A stretch of 64,000 nucleotides of DNA from an uncultured Gammaproteobacteria bacterium (GCA_963794445.1 CAWCDZ010000001.1:177190-241189), one strand, 5' to 3'; numbered from the stretch's first letter, positions 37,439-48,995 are shown. The notes: generated by a model not told the origin, from the letters alone. Translations and numbers: made by a program.

Positions 37439-38045
37439 TGTTCCCGACCATCCTTTTCTTCATCTTCGCCGCCGTGCTGGTCGGCGCGGCCTCGGCGTGA
37501 TCCTGGCGCGAAATCCGGTGCACTGCGCGCTGCTGCTGGTGCTGTGCTTCTTCAACAGCGCCGTGATCTGGCTGCTGCTCGATGCGGAATTTTTGGGGAT
37601 CGTGCTGGTGCTGGTGTACGTGGGCGCCGTCATGGTGCTGTTCCTGTTCGTGGTGATGATGCTCGACGTCAATCTGGAGAAGCTCCGCAAGGAGTTCGTC
37701 GGCTACTGGCCGCTGGCCGTGGCGGTGGCGGGCTTCGTGGTGTTCGCGATCATCAACGTGATCGTGGTGCAAGCATTTGGGCGGCGCGGCCTTGAGGACC
37801 GCGCCGGCGACTGCCGCCGGATTATTCCAATACCCGCGACCTCGGCGCGGCAGCTGTTCACGCGCTATGCCTATCCCGCGCAGATCGCGGCGCGTGATCC
37901 TGTTGGTGGCGAGCGTCGCGGCCATCGTCCTGACGCTTGCGGCAACGCAAGGGCGGCAAGCCGCAGGACATCGCCGCCCAAGTCGCGGTGCGCGCCAAGG
38001 ACCGGGTGCGGGTCGTCAAAATGGCCTCCGAGAAGAGATCCATGA
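37438..38045 (+). CDS. nuoJ: NADH-quinone oxidoreductase subunit J (at least 3 frame changes)
   Basis: [20 protein letters not shown], then [52 protein letters not shown], then the tail DRVRVVKM. The stop is placed by an ATGA overlap with nuoK. Confidence 0.85.
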
Positions 38046-38347
38046 TCTCCTTGACCTACGTGCTGGCGCTGTCGGGCGTCCTGTTCGCCATCGCGGTCGC
38101 CGGCGTGTTCTTGAACCGCAAGAACATCATCGTCCTGTTGATGTGCATCGAGCTCATGCTGCTCGCCGTGAATTTCAATTTCGTCGCGTTTTCGCGCTTC
38201 CGCGGCGATATCGGCGGGCAGATTTTCGTATTTTTCATTCTGACGGTCGCGGCGGCGGAGGCGGCGATCGGTCTGGCGATCCTGGTGGTGCTGTTCCGCG
38301 AACGCAGCAGCATCGAGGTCGAGGATCTGGACACGCTTCAGGGCTAA
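38042..38347 (+). CDS. nuoK: NADH-quinone oxidoreductase subunit K
   Basis: Intact ORF: [15 protein letters not shown]...[16 protein letters not shown]...[13 protein letters not shown]. Confidence 0.93.
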   Translation: MISLTYVLALSGVLFAIAVAGVFLNRKNIIVLLMCIELMLLAVNFNFVAFSRFRGDIGGQIFVFFILTVAAAEAAIGLAILVVLFRERSSIEVEDLDTLQG

Positions 38348-38356
38348 GAAGAGCAC

Positions 38357-40325
38357 ATGCAGTCGATTTATCTGACGATCGTGTTGGCGCCGCTGATCGG
38401 CTGCACTCGTCGCCGGCCTGTTCGGCAAGACGCGATCGGCCGGGTAGGCGCGCACAGCGTCACCATTCTGGGCGTGGCGCATTTCCTGCGCGCTGTCCTT
38501 CTACGTGCTCTACAAGCAGGTCTTCGAGGGCATGGCTGCCTTCAACGGCGCGGTCTACACATGGCTGGTGAGCGATGGTGTGCAGCATCGATGTGGGATT
38601 TCTGATCGACCGGCTGTCCGCGATGATGATGGCGGTGGTGACCTTCGTGTCGCTTGATGGTGCACATCTACACCATCGGCTACATGGCAGACGACGATCC
38701 GGCTATCAGCGCTTCTTCAGCTATATCTCGCTGTTCACCTTTTCGATGCTGATGCTGGTGATGGCGAATAACTTCATGCAGTTGTTCTTCGGCTGGGAAG
38801 CGGTGGGCGTCGTGTCCTACCTGTTGATCGGATTCTGGTACACGCGGCCCACCGCCATCTTCGCGAGCCTGAAGGCCTTCCTGGTCAACCGGGTCGGGGA
38901 TTTCGGTTTCGTCCTCGGCATCGCCGCGGTGCTGCGTTACACCGGATCGCTGGATTATGCCACGGTGTTCGCGCATGCCGGCCAGATCGCCGCCGCGCAG
39001 GTTCACATCACGAGCACGGTCGCGTGGCCGGCGATCACCTTCACCTGCATTTGCCTGTTCGTCGGCGCCATGGGCAAGTCGGCGCAGGTGCCGCTGCACG
39101 TCTGGCTGCCCGATTCGATGGAAGGTCCGACGCCGATCTCGGCGCTGATCCACGCGGCGACCATGGTGACTGCGGGCATTTTCATGGTGGCGCGCATGTC
39201 GCCGCTGTTCGAACTGTCGGAGACCGCGCTTGTCGTTCGTGCTGATCATCGGCGCGACCACCGCGTTCTTCATGGGTCTCCTCGGCATCGTCGAACAACG
39301 ACATCAAGCGCGTGATCGCGTACTCGACGCTGTCGCAGCTGGGCTACATGACCGTCGCGCTGGGCGCCTCGGCCTACGGCGCCGGCATTTTCCATCTCAT
39401 GACGCATGCCTTCTTCAAGGCGCTGTTGTTCCTCGCGGCGGGCTCGGTGATCATCGCCATGCATCATGAGCAGGACATGCGCAAGATGGGCGGCCTGCGC
39501 AAGTACATGCCGATCACCTACTGGACGTGCCTGATCGGCTGCCTGGCATTGATCGGATTTCCCGGGCACCGCGGGGTTCTTCTCCAAGGACTCGCTGATC
39601 GAAGCGGTGCATGCCTCGCATCGCGTCGGGTTCCGGATACGCTTACTTCTGCGTGCTCACGGGCGTGTTCATCACGGCCCTGTACACCTTCCGCATGTTC
39701 TTCATGACCTTCCTCGGCAAGGAGCGCATGGATCATCACACGCAGGAGCATTTGCACGAGAGCCCCTGGGTGGTGACGTGCCGCTGGTCCTTCTCGCGAT
39801 TCCTTCGGCGATCATCGGCTGGTTCACCGTCGAGACCGATGCTGTTCGGCAGGTACTTCGAGGGCTCCATTCACGTGCTCCCGCCAACAATGTATTGGCG
39901 CACGGTCGGCGAGGAATTCCACGGGCCCGCGTCCTTCGTGCTGTCGGCGTTCCTGCGCCTCCCGTATGGCTGGCCGGCTTGGGCGTATTCGACGGCCTGG
40001 CTATTCTTCTTGTGGCGGCCGGCGCTCGCGGACGCGGCGGAAGCGAAGTTCAAATGGCTGCTACACCATACTGATCAATAAATTCGGCTTCGACTGGTTC
40101 AATGAGCACGTCATCATGGCCGGTGCCCGCATGCTGGGCGGCAGGCCTGTGGCGCGTCGGCGATCAGCTGGTCATCGATGGCGGCCTGGTCAACGGCAGC
40201 GCGCGTACCGTCGGCTGGCTGGGATCGGTCATGCGCTACGCGCAGTCGGGATACCTGTATCACTACGCCTTCGCCATGATCTTGGGATTGGCTGCGCTGC
40301 TCCTGTGGCTGATCTGGCGGCATGA
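38357..40325 (+). CDS. nuoL: NADH-quinone oxidoreductase subunit L (at least 7 frame changes)
   Basis: [59 protein letters not shown] and [11 protein letters not shown] occur in collinear fragments. The end is inferred from an ATGA overlap with nuoM. Confidence 0.88.
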
Positions 40326-41850
40326 GCTTGAGCGACCACTTGCTGTCATGGCTGATCTGGCTGCCCATCGTCGGCGGCTTCGTGGTGCTCGGTCTCGGTA
40401 ACGACCAGGGTCGAGCGCTCGCGAAATGGCTGTCGCTGGCGGTGAGCGCGCTCGCGACTGCTGCTTCAGCATTCCGCTGTGGAGCCTGGTTCAAGACCGG
40501 TACCGCGGAAATGCAGTTCGTCGAGCGCGCGCCGTGGATTTCGACCATCCATTCGCAATACTACATCGGCGTCGACGGCATCTCGATGCCGCTGATCCTG
40601 CTGACCACCTTCACCACCGTGCTGATCGTCATCGCCGGCTGGCAGAACGTCGAGAAGCGTGTGGCACAGTACATGGCGTCGTTCCTGATCCTCGAAGGAC
40701 TGATGATCGGGGTGTTCGCGGCGCTGGACGGCGTGCTGTTCTACGTGTTCTGGGAAGCAATGCTGCTGCCGATGTTCATCATCATCGGCGTCTGGGGCGG
40801 CCCGCGCCGCGTGTACGCCACCATCAAGTTCTTTCTCTACACCTTCATCGGCTCGCTGTTGATGCTGGTCGCGCTCATTTACCTGTACTTGAAGTCCGGC
40901 AGCTACGAGCTCGCGGTGTTTCAGCACATGCCGCTCACGCTTGCGGGAACAGGCTTTCATTTTTCTCGCCTTCTTCGCCGCCTTCGCGGTCAAGGTGCCC
41001 ATGTTTCCGGTGCATACCTGGTTGCCGGATGCGCACGTCGAGGCGCCGACCGGCGGATCGGTGGTGCTGGCGGCCATCATGTTGAAAATGGGCGGATACG
41101 GCTTCCTGCGCTTCTCGCTGCCGATCGCTCCCGATGCCAGCCGGGAATTGGATTGGCTGATCATCGCGCTGTCGCTGATTGCCGTGGTGTACATCGGCTT
41201 CGTGGCGCTGGCGCAGCGCGACATGAAGAAGCTGATTGCATATTCATCGATTGCGCACATGGGCTTCGTCACGTTGGGCATGTTCATTGCCTTTCAAATC
41301 GTCGCGCACACCGGCAAAACCAGCGGCATCGAGTTGGGTCTGGACGGCGCCGTGGTGCAAATGCTCTCGCACGGTTTGGTCTCCGGCAGCGATGTTCCTG
41401 TGCGTCGGCGTGATGTACGACCGCGTTCATAGCCGCGAGATCGCGAGCTACGGCGGCGTGGTCAACACCATGCCGAAGTTCGCCGCTTTCATGGTGTTGT
41501 TCGCGCTCGCCAACTCCGGCTTGCCGGGCACCTCGGGCTTCGTCGGCGAGTTCCTGGTCATTTTGGCGGCGTTCAAGGCCAACGTGTGGTATGCGTTTTT
41601 CGCGGCGATGACGCTGGTTCTCGGCGCGGCCTACACGCTGTGGCTGGTGAAGCGAGTGATCTTCGGGGAAGTCGCGAACGACAAGGTGGCGGCGCTCAAG
41701 GATCTGAACGGCCGAGAGTTTCTGGTGTTGGGGGCGCTTGCCGTTGCGGTGCTCGTTGTCGGGCTGTGGCCGGCGCCGCTTCTCGATGTGATGCGTGCGA
41801 CGACGCAGCATTTGGCCGAGCAGCTGCTCATCTCGAAGGTTGCACCGTAA
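40322..41850 (+). CDS. nuoM: NADH-quinone oxidoreductase subunit M (two frame changes near 40945 and 41390)
   Basis: Three collinear ORFs (40322.., 40941.., 41236..41850) with [26 protein letters not shown] and [11 protein letters not shown]. Confidence 0.92.
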
Positions 41851-41857
41851 GGTACGT

Positions 41858-43320
41858 ATGATCGCAGGCGCATTCAATCCGAGTTTCTTCAATTCAGGCT
41901 TGGTGCTACGCGTGGCCGGAAATATTCCTGTCGTTGGCCGCCTGCGCGATCCTGATGCTGGACTTGCTGCTGAATGATGCGCAGCGGCGCTGGACGGGCT
42001 GGTTGGCGATAGTGAGTTTGATCGTTACCGCGGTGCTGGTGGCGGTTCAGCCGCTGCCGACCAAAGTTCTCGCGCTCGGCGGCCTGTTTGAACTGGACCG
42101 GATGGCGCAAGTCTTGAAGATCGCCATGATCCTGATCGTGGCGGCCGTGTTCGTGTATTCCACCGATTATCTGCAACGCCGCTTGATATTGAAGGGCGAG
42201 TACTTCGTGCTTGGGCTGTTTGCAACCGTCGGCGGCATGGTGCTGATCTCGGCCGCCAGCCTGATTACCCTGTACTTGGGGCTGGAGCTGATGTCGCTTG
42301 TGCTTGTACGCCATGGTGGCGTTCGACCGCGACTCCGGTATCGCAGCGGAATCGGCGATCAAGTACTTCGTACTGGGTTCCATGGCATCGGGAACCTTGC
42401 TGTACGGCATGTCCATTGTTTATGGCGTCACCGGCAGCTTGGAGCTGGCGGAGATTGCGGCGGCCGTGCGCGACAGCGGCATTGGCGGCAACATCGGTCT
42501 GTTGTTCGGCATCGCCTTCTTGATCGTCGGCGTTGGTTTCAAATTTGGCGCGGTGCCGTTTCACATGTGGATACCGGACGTGTACGAGGGGTCGCCCACC
42601 TGCGTCACGGTGTTCATCGGCACCGCTTCGAAGCTCGCCGCGTTCGCGCTCGCGATGCGCCTGTTGCCCGAAGCGCTGGGCGCCTCGCAGCCGGACTGGA
42701 GCCAGATGTTGGTGGTGCTCGCGGTGTTGTCGATGACCATCGGCAACATCGTCGCCATCGCGCAGACCAACTTGAAGCGCATGCTGGCGTACTCGACGAT
42801 TTCGCATGTGGGCTATGTACTGCTGGGGATTCTTTCCGGCACGGCCCAGGGCTATCAGGCCTCGATGTTCTACATGATCAGCTATATCCTGGTCGCCGCC
42901 GGTGCGTTCGGCATGATTTTGCTGCTGGCGAAGCAGGGATTCGAAGCCGACAAGATTACCGACTTCAAGGGTCTCAACGCGCGAAGTCCGTGGTTCGCGG
43001 GCATGATGGCGATCCTCATGTTCAGCCTGGCCGGCGTACCGCCGTTCATCGGCTTTTGGGCAAAGCTCGGCGTCATCCAGGCCGTTCTGGGCGTGCACAT
43101 GGTTTGGCTCGCGGTGGTGGCGGTTTTATTCTCGGTGGTCGGTGCCTATTTCTATTTGCGCATCGTCAAGCTCATGTATTTCGATGAACCCACCGAGACC
43201 TCCAGCATCGGCGGATCGCTGTTGATGCGTACCGTTCTCAGCGCGAATGCGCTGCTGGTGTTTGCGCTCGGGGTGATACCCGGAACACTGCTGCAGATCT
43301 GTCAGAAGGCACTACTGTAG
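41858..43320 (+). CDS. nuoN: NADH-quinone oxidoreductase subunit N (two frame changes near 41915 and 42300)
   Basis: The ATG at 41858, ORF 41934.. (LGLELMSL) and ORF 42298..43320 ([31 protein letters not shown]) are collinear. Confidence 0.9.
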
Positions 43321-43371
43321 GCTGAGGAAGCGCAACCGCAATCACGCATTTGTGACTTTTCTGGAGGGGAT

Positions 43372-43968
43372 ATGATCACGCTGTATCACTCGCCGCAGAC
43401 TCGATCCGCCAGCATCGTCTGGCTGCTCGAGGAACTGGAGGTGCCGTATCAGACCAAACAGGTGGATTTTCGCCGCGCAGACGGCAGCGGCTCGCGCGAT
43501 CCCGTCAATCCGCATCCTCACGGCAAGGTTCCCGCTCTGGTCGATGGCGAGGATTTCGTGTTCGAAGGCAGCGCCATCGCGCTGTATTTGACGGACAAAT
43601 ACCGCAAGAAAAAGCTCGGCCCCGCAGTGGGAGAACCGAAGCGCGGAGAGTACCTGTCGTGGCTGGCCTATCGGCCCGGCGTGATGGAGCCTGCGCTCAT
43701 CTCGCGGCGCTTTGACATCAAGCACGTTTTTGGCGCGATGGGCTGGGCACCCGCGGACGAGGTGGAAGAGGTGCTCAATAAGCATCTCGCGTCGCGCCAA
43801 TATTTTCTCGGCGACGAATTTTCGGCGCTCGACATCATGTTGGGCGGCGGCGTGAACTTCATGTTGATGGCGAAGATGATGAAGGACACGCCGGTGATGA
43901 AGGCCTACGCGGCACGCGTCATCGATCGGCCCGCGTTCCGCAAGATGATGGAAACCGACAAGAAGTAG
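43372..43968 (+). CDS. glutathione S-transferase family protein
   Basis: Intact 198-aa ORF with an N-terminal thioredoxin-like fold motif (ITLYHSPQTRS..., GKVPALVDGEDFVFEGSAIALYL). An SD (GGAGGGG) lies upstream. Confidence 0.85.
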   Translation: MITLYHSPQTRSASIVWLLEELEVPYQTKQVDFRRADGSGSRDPVNPHPHGKVPALVDGEDFVFEGSAIALYLTDKYRKKKLGPAVGEPKRGEYLSWLAYRPGVMEPALISRRFDIKHVFGAMGWAPADEVEEVLNKHLASRQYFLGDEFSALDIMLGGGVNFMLMAKMMKDTPVMKAYAARVIDRPAFRKMMETDKK

Positions 43969-44030
43969 GGCCGACGCCGGTCGCCACCTTGCTTTGGCTG
44001 TCTGGACCGGTACAATGGGCGGCTCCCTGG

Positions 44031-44107
<77 letters not shown>

Positions 44108-44143
44108 ATTCTAACTCCTTGATTTATAAGGAGTTTATAATTC

Positions 44144-45713
44144 TTAAGCCACCCGACAGATTCGAAGCGTGCCCCTACACGTTCGTCTCGGGGTGAAAAC
44201 CGTCCCGCGTCCGCCGAGCATTTCCCGGACCATTTCGCGTTCCTCCGTGGAGCGCTCGCTCTTGGTCACGTGCTTGCCTAGATTTTGCACCACTTCAGTG
44301 TAGCGTTCCGCCGTTAGAGCAAAGGACTGGACGAGGTTGGCGGGCGACGTCTTCACGGTCGAGGCAGCCCTTCGACGTTTGATTGCCAAGGCGTCCAGCG
44401 CGGCCTGCGCGACATCCGGTGATAGAGTCCGATCCCTCAACATTTTTCGAAGCAGGACTTCTTCAGCGAGCAGGGCGTCATCCTTGGCAGTATCCTCGTG
44501 TTTTCGTTTCGCCTCCTCAAAAACGGCCGCTTGGTATTCGCGCTTTGCGATCTCTATCGCTTCGGGCGATAGCAGATCCACAGCGAGATAGTTGACGATA
44601 GCCGCCTCGGCTCCTTCTCTTGGCACGACGATTTGGTTTGAGCACGCGCTGGGGCCACTGTAGATCCGGGACGCGCACTGATAACTTCGCTGATTCCTGG
44701 CGACGAAGCGTGAGCCGCATTCGCCGCAAACAAGCAACCCGGAAAGGAGCGACGATGCGGGTCGCCCCGGCAGTCGACGTCTTTGCGCTTGTTGGCCTAC
44801 TCGCCTGAGCGGACTGTCGCAGCTTGACTCGCTCCCAGAGCTCGTCGGAGATGATTCGCAGCCGTGGATCTTCCCGTCTCACCATCAAGGCCGGGTCCGC
44901 CGCGACGGCAACCCTCTTCTTGCTGTTCGCCGCACCTCGTTTCCATTGGAGCCGGCCCCAATTCATACGTCCAAGATAGCGCTCATTGTTCAAAATACCG
45001 TAACCGCGCTTCGGGTCACCTTGGATAGCCGAGCCCACCCACTTGCCGCGGCGCTTGGCATGCTCGCCTGTGTCAGTTCGCCGCCACGCTGCACCCGGGC
45101 TCGGGATGTTTTCAGAATTGAGGCGGTCTGCGATGGCGCGCGAGGAAATGCCGCCGGCATACAATTCGAAAATCCGGCGAACAACCGCCGCTTCGGTCTC
45201 GATTATTTCGACCTGACCGGACGTTGACTGTGAGGCTGGCCGGTAGCCATATGCTCGGCCGCCTGCGCTCTCACCTTTGATGGCTCTACCCTCCAGTCCC
45301 CGACGCGTTCGGTAAGAAGCCTCGCGGCGGGCGTGCTCGGCAACGGCTTGTTTGATTTGAATGACCAAACCCCAGCCGTCGCGACGTGTGTCATCTCCAA
45401 CCGCAGTTACGCAGTGTACGCCGAAGTCCTCAAACTCTGCGGAGCGGGGACCGAATTCGGCCCGATTGCGCCAGAGCCGCGAGATATCTTCCACCACGAT
45501 GACGCTGAATTCTCTACGTCGCGTTGCCGACAGTAATGCCTGATATCCAGGCCTATCTGCAGTTCCGCCCGACATGCCCTTGTCCTCGAAGCGCGCGACG
45601 ACATCAAAGCCGGCGGTTCTGGCGACACGATCACATTCGCGGAACTGATCATCGATAGACGCGTCGCGCTGCTTGTCCGTGCTATACCGAGCGTAGAGAG
45701 CTGCTTTAATCAT
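44144..45713 (-). CDS. large serine recombinase (resolvase domain + recombinase domain + zinc ribbon; one frame change near 44800)
   Basis: The N-terminal catalytic motif is AALYARYSTDKQ, with VVEDISRLWRN. The recombinase domain has VVRRIFELYAGGISSRAIADRLN and ILNNERYLG. The zinc ribbon GLLVCGECGSRF...YQCASR is in ORF 44144..44737. The joining frame gives VGQQAQRRRLPGRPASSLLSGLLVCGECG. Confidence 0.88.
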
Positions 45714-45958
45714 ATTTCCCTCTTACTTGTGGCCGACGAGTCTCCCTAAAACGTGGCATGCCCGAGGCAAATTCTCGCTTACTTTATGAAAACCATTGTA
45801 AAAAGGGGGGTGCACGGGTTGGGCATGCGAAATTAAAATGAATGTTTCACCGGGTAAATGACGAGCGAGCCGCATACTGCTGCGCGTATTGAATTGCCAT
45901 AGGCCGAGCGCGGCTGCTGGTACAATCACGTTGTCGGCAACCAAGGAAGGGGTCAGTT

Positions 45959-46597
45959 ATGGCGACGCTTAAAGAGAAAGTTCTGGAGCTTGCAGCGATA
46001 GCAAAGGAGTGTCCTGAGACCCTGCAGGCTGTCTGCTTCGAATTGCTGCTGAAGAACTACCTGGATTCTCTGTCGCCCAAACCTCCAAAGACGCCCAAAT
46101 CTGAGGCGGCTGAAACTCCGGAGACTCCTCCCGCCGATAGGTCGAAGCCTGACGAGAAGAAGCAATCTCTCGAGGAGGTCGTCAAGAGCCAGGACGATCT
46201 GGCGGAATCGGACGTTCACATTAAGGTCAGGCACTTTATGAAGAAGTGCGGTGTGACAATGGAGCAGCTGAACAACCTCTTCTATACGGACGGAGGTACG
46301 ATCGCGGCATTGTACGAGGATTTAAAGACGACGCGTATGGCCGAAGGGCAGATCCGGATTGCACTTCTTCAAGCGCTCCGCGGCGCTATGTCGACGGGCG
46401 AGTTCCAGACTCAGGTCGAGGACGTGCGGGCAGAGGCCAACGTACGCAAGTGCTATGACCTTACAAATTTCACGGGGAATTTCAAGAAAAACGCTGAGCT
46501 CTTCGACTTTGAGACTTACGATAAGTCGACGAAAATACTGCGGCTATCAGAGGCTGGGCGCAAAGAGCTGGCAGAGGTCATCAAAGAGCTGCAGTAG
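45959..46597 (+). CDS. hypothetical protein A (212 aa): short helical N-domain, P/E/K-rich linker, about 140-aa C-domain
   Basis: Intact ORF with a strong SD (AAGGAAGGGG) 6 nt upstream. The linker SPKPPKTPKSEAAETPETPPADRSKPDEKK maps to about 46073-46162. No family recognised. Confidence 0.7.
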   Translation: MATLKEKVLELAAIAKECPETLQAVCFELLLKNYLDSLSPKPPKTPKSEAAETPETPPADRSKPDEKKQSLEEVVKSQDDLAESDVHIKVRHFMKKCGVTMEQLNNLFYTDGGTIAALYEDLKTTRMAEGQIRIALLQALRGAMSTGEFQTQVEDVRAEANVRKCYDLTNFTGNFKKNAELFDFETYDKSTKILRLSEAGRKELAEVIKELQ

Positions 46598-46603
46598 CAG
46601 GCC

Positions 46604-47416
46604 ATGGACGAACGGCTGCAAAAATTCCATGAGGACGTGAAGGCGCTTCGCCGACTGTTGAAAGCCGACTCCGCTGCGCACGTGGCAAAGAAAGCGGTCA
46701 GGGCGGAGGCGGAGAGGTTGGGGCGGATGTGGTTTGCGGAAATCACCCCGCACCTTGAGAGAAAGCGCATATTCACGGAGGAACTCCTCAAAAAGTATGG
46801 GGCCACTTGCCAACGGCTGATCAAGTTGTCAGCGCCGAACAACCAAAGGTCCAGTTACCTCGAGGTCCTGGACGCGCTGGCGAAGCCTATGCGCGACGAA
46901 CTGATACTCCCTCTCCAGGCCAACCCCGCGGGCGTGGCGACGCCGACCATGTTCCAGTCTTTCGTGACGGCGTTGAAGGATCCGGAGGTCGGCGCCTATT
47001 TCCAAGAGGCGATCGATTGCGCTAAGAACGGCTTCCTTCGGGCGGCAGCGGTGATGGCATGGTGCGCGGCGATTGACCGCGTCCACCGCAAGATAGAACG
47101 GGTGGGCTTTTCCACGTTCAATGTCACATCCGCCCAGATGGCGAGTCAACAGAAGGGGCGGTTCAAGCGCTTTAACCAGATCCAGAACGTCGCGAGCGTC
47201 AGCGAACTCCGAGAGGTTTTTGACACGACCATCCTATGGGTAGTTGAGGGCATGGCTCTAATCGACTCCAATCAGCACACCCGGCTCCGAAGCTGCTTTG
47301 AGATGAGGTGTCACTGCGCACACCCCGGTGACGCGCCGATCACAGAGTACAACCTGATGTCTTTGTTCTCGGATATTCATCAAATCGTCCTTGAGAACCC
47401 AAAATTCAGTATTTGA
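46604..47416 (+). CDS. hypothetical protein B (270 aa) with C-terminal HEPN-like Rx4H motif
   Basis: Intact ORF starting 6 nt after protein A. The motif EM-R-CHCA-H-PGDAPIT (R235..H240, nt 47306-47323) lies in a helical C-terminal domain (YFQEAIDCAKNGFLRAAAVMAWCAAIDRV...). The HEPN assignment is by motif only. Confidence 0.7.
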   Translation: MDERLQKFHEDVKALRRLLKADSAAHVAKKAVRAEAERLGRMWFAEITPHLERKRIFTEELLKKYGATCQRLIKLSAPNNQRSSYLEVLDALAKPMRDELILPLQANPAGVATPTMFQSFVTALKDPEVGAYFQEAIDCAKNGFLRAAAVMAWCAAIDRVHRKIERVGFSTFNVTSAQMASQQKGRFKRFNQIQNVASVSELREVFDTTILWVVEGMALIDSNQHTRLRSCFEMRCHCAHPGDAPITEYNLMSLFSDIHQIVLENPKFSI

Positions 47417-47726
47417 TCCTGGCGCGTCATACAAAGAACCCGGCTCCTTGATCTTACGGGCACGCGGCTCCGCGCGAGATAAACTGGACTCCTGGCGGCG
47501 GTCCGTGTGCAGCGTTCAGGGGGCTGTCTGTTTTGAGTGGATGAAAGGTGTACCAGCTGTATCTGTGGCGCTGGTCATTGGCGTGATCGCGGCCCTTATT
47601 GCGTGACGTCAATACAAAGTGGATCGGGCCCAGCTGAAGCTGCTGGCTAGGTTTCGCGATCGGTGCCAGCGGTAGGGTCCAGGGCCTTTGAAATCTCTTG
47701 GCGCAATTCCTCGCGCCAGCGGCGCT

Positions 47727-48829
47727 CTAGCTCGCCATAAGGGTTTCACCATCAATGTCGTTCCACGGATGGCTGTCCTCCCGGTTCGAGTGCTCGACAC
47801 TGAACGGATCGTACATCAGATAATCTTGGATGCGCCGCAGCTTTTCGGCGTCCTCGGGCCGTTGTACCCATAGAGCCGCGTCAGCTAGTTTCTTTTTGAC
47901 GATTAGCGGGAAAAGGATGGACGCGAAAGCCAGATGGGCGGCGCCGCTCCAAACAAAGTGATCCAGCTTGCGGTCGGCACCGTGAGCATTGGCCCCCCGC
48001 AGTGCGCTGAATTCCTGGGCCCACGCGCCGAGGATGCTGGGCGCTTGGGGGAATCGGTTTTTCCACTTGCCCAGCAGCGGCCCCTGTAGCTCGGCGTCAA
48101 TGTTGGGGATGCACGCTTGCAGGGCATTGGAAAACTCCTTGGCATTCGGTCCGATCCGCAGTAGCCGTTCAAAGGCAGACTTCACCAATACGACCTCAAT
48201 GTGGAGCGGCACGTCCAGGGAATCAGTGTTAGCCGCGTTGAATTCTTCCAGCGCGTCGATGAGAGGGTCATCTGCGTCGGGCGGAAGGTCCAGCAGGACC
48301 GCAGCCAGCTTTGGTCCAGTTCGATCCGAGCACGGGAGTCAACGTGTAGTGGGCGATGAAAGGCGAACGCATTCGCATTCCAATAGTTCGACGTGCCGCC
48401 GTCCCGGCGCCGGGTGCTATAAGCGAATCGGTCGGCCGCGCCCTGTCTGGTACTGTTGCACAATCATGGTGTATGTGTCATAGCAGCAATAGTGCATATG
48501 ACCGAACAGTCGCCGATGCGATAGCGCCGAAAAGCCGATGATGATCCGAGCGCGGAACAGGCGCTCCCTGGCGGCAACGTCTGCCTCCATCCCGGTGCTG
48601 CCACCCGTCTGCCTCGATTAAGGTGGCCTCGGAAACCCGAGTCTATGGGGCCGTTGCTGTATGCGCGGAGAACATTGTCCAGGTCCGCCTGCTTCGCGTG
48701 GTCAATATCACCTGGCTCCTGGCCCTTCATATGTGGCAGCAGCCGGACGGACCGCCCCAGAGCAACGGGCTCCGCAAGAGCAGCCCAAGGGAAGAACGCC
48801 ACGGAGCTTACGAAAGCCGACTCGGTCAC
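47727..48829 (-). CDS. hypothetical protein C with C-terminal HEPN-like motif (LRGANAHG); about 3 frame changes plus an in-frame TGA; possible pseudogene
   Basis: The C-terminal 161 aa are intact (ORF 47727..48212; RGANAH at 47982-47999). Upstream coding-looking pieces are collinear: 48464..48829, then GMEADVAARERLFRARIIIGFSALSHRRLFGHMHYCCYDTYTMIVQQYQTG in a second frame, then ORF 48182..48463, then LAAVLLDLPPDADDPLIDALEEF. The N-terminal limit is uncertain. Confidence 0.5.
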
Positions 48830-48995
48830 GATGGACGCCGCCTTGGTGCTCGGGTCACGCGAACCTATGCTGGGCAGTTTACTCGCGTGCGCGGTAGGCT
48901 TGACCCGCGAGGCCGATAGCCCCGACCCTGCGCGAGTTCCTGCTGCGATGTTGGCGGAATACGGCCTGCAGCCTGGCCGGGCGCTCGCCCGGTCA

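Noticed and set aside
45723-45944. A 73-aa minus-strand ORF in the recombinase / protein A divergent intergenic region.
   Set aside because: It has no SD and an implausible composition, and it occupies what is more likely the promoter region for both divergent genes.
48464-48466. The in-frame TGA joining ORFs 48464..48829 and 48182..48463, read as selenocysteine or programmed readthrough.
   Set aside because: No SECIS-like hairpin is evident immediately downstream. The local translation in that frame looks out-of-frame (Arg/Gly/Ser-rich), and a different frame gives a better peptide. It is most likely a by-product of nearby indels.
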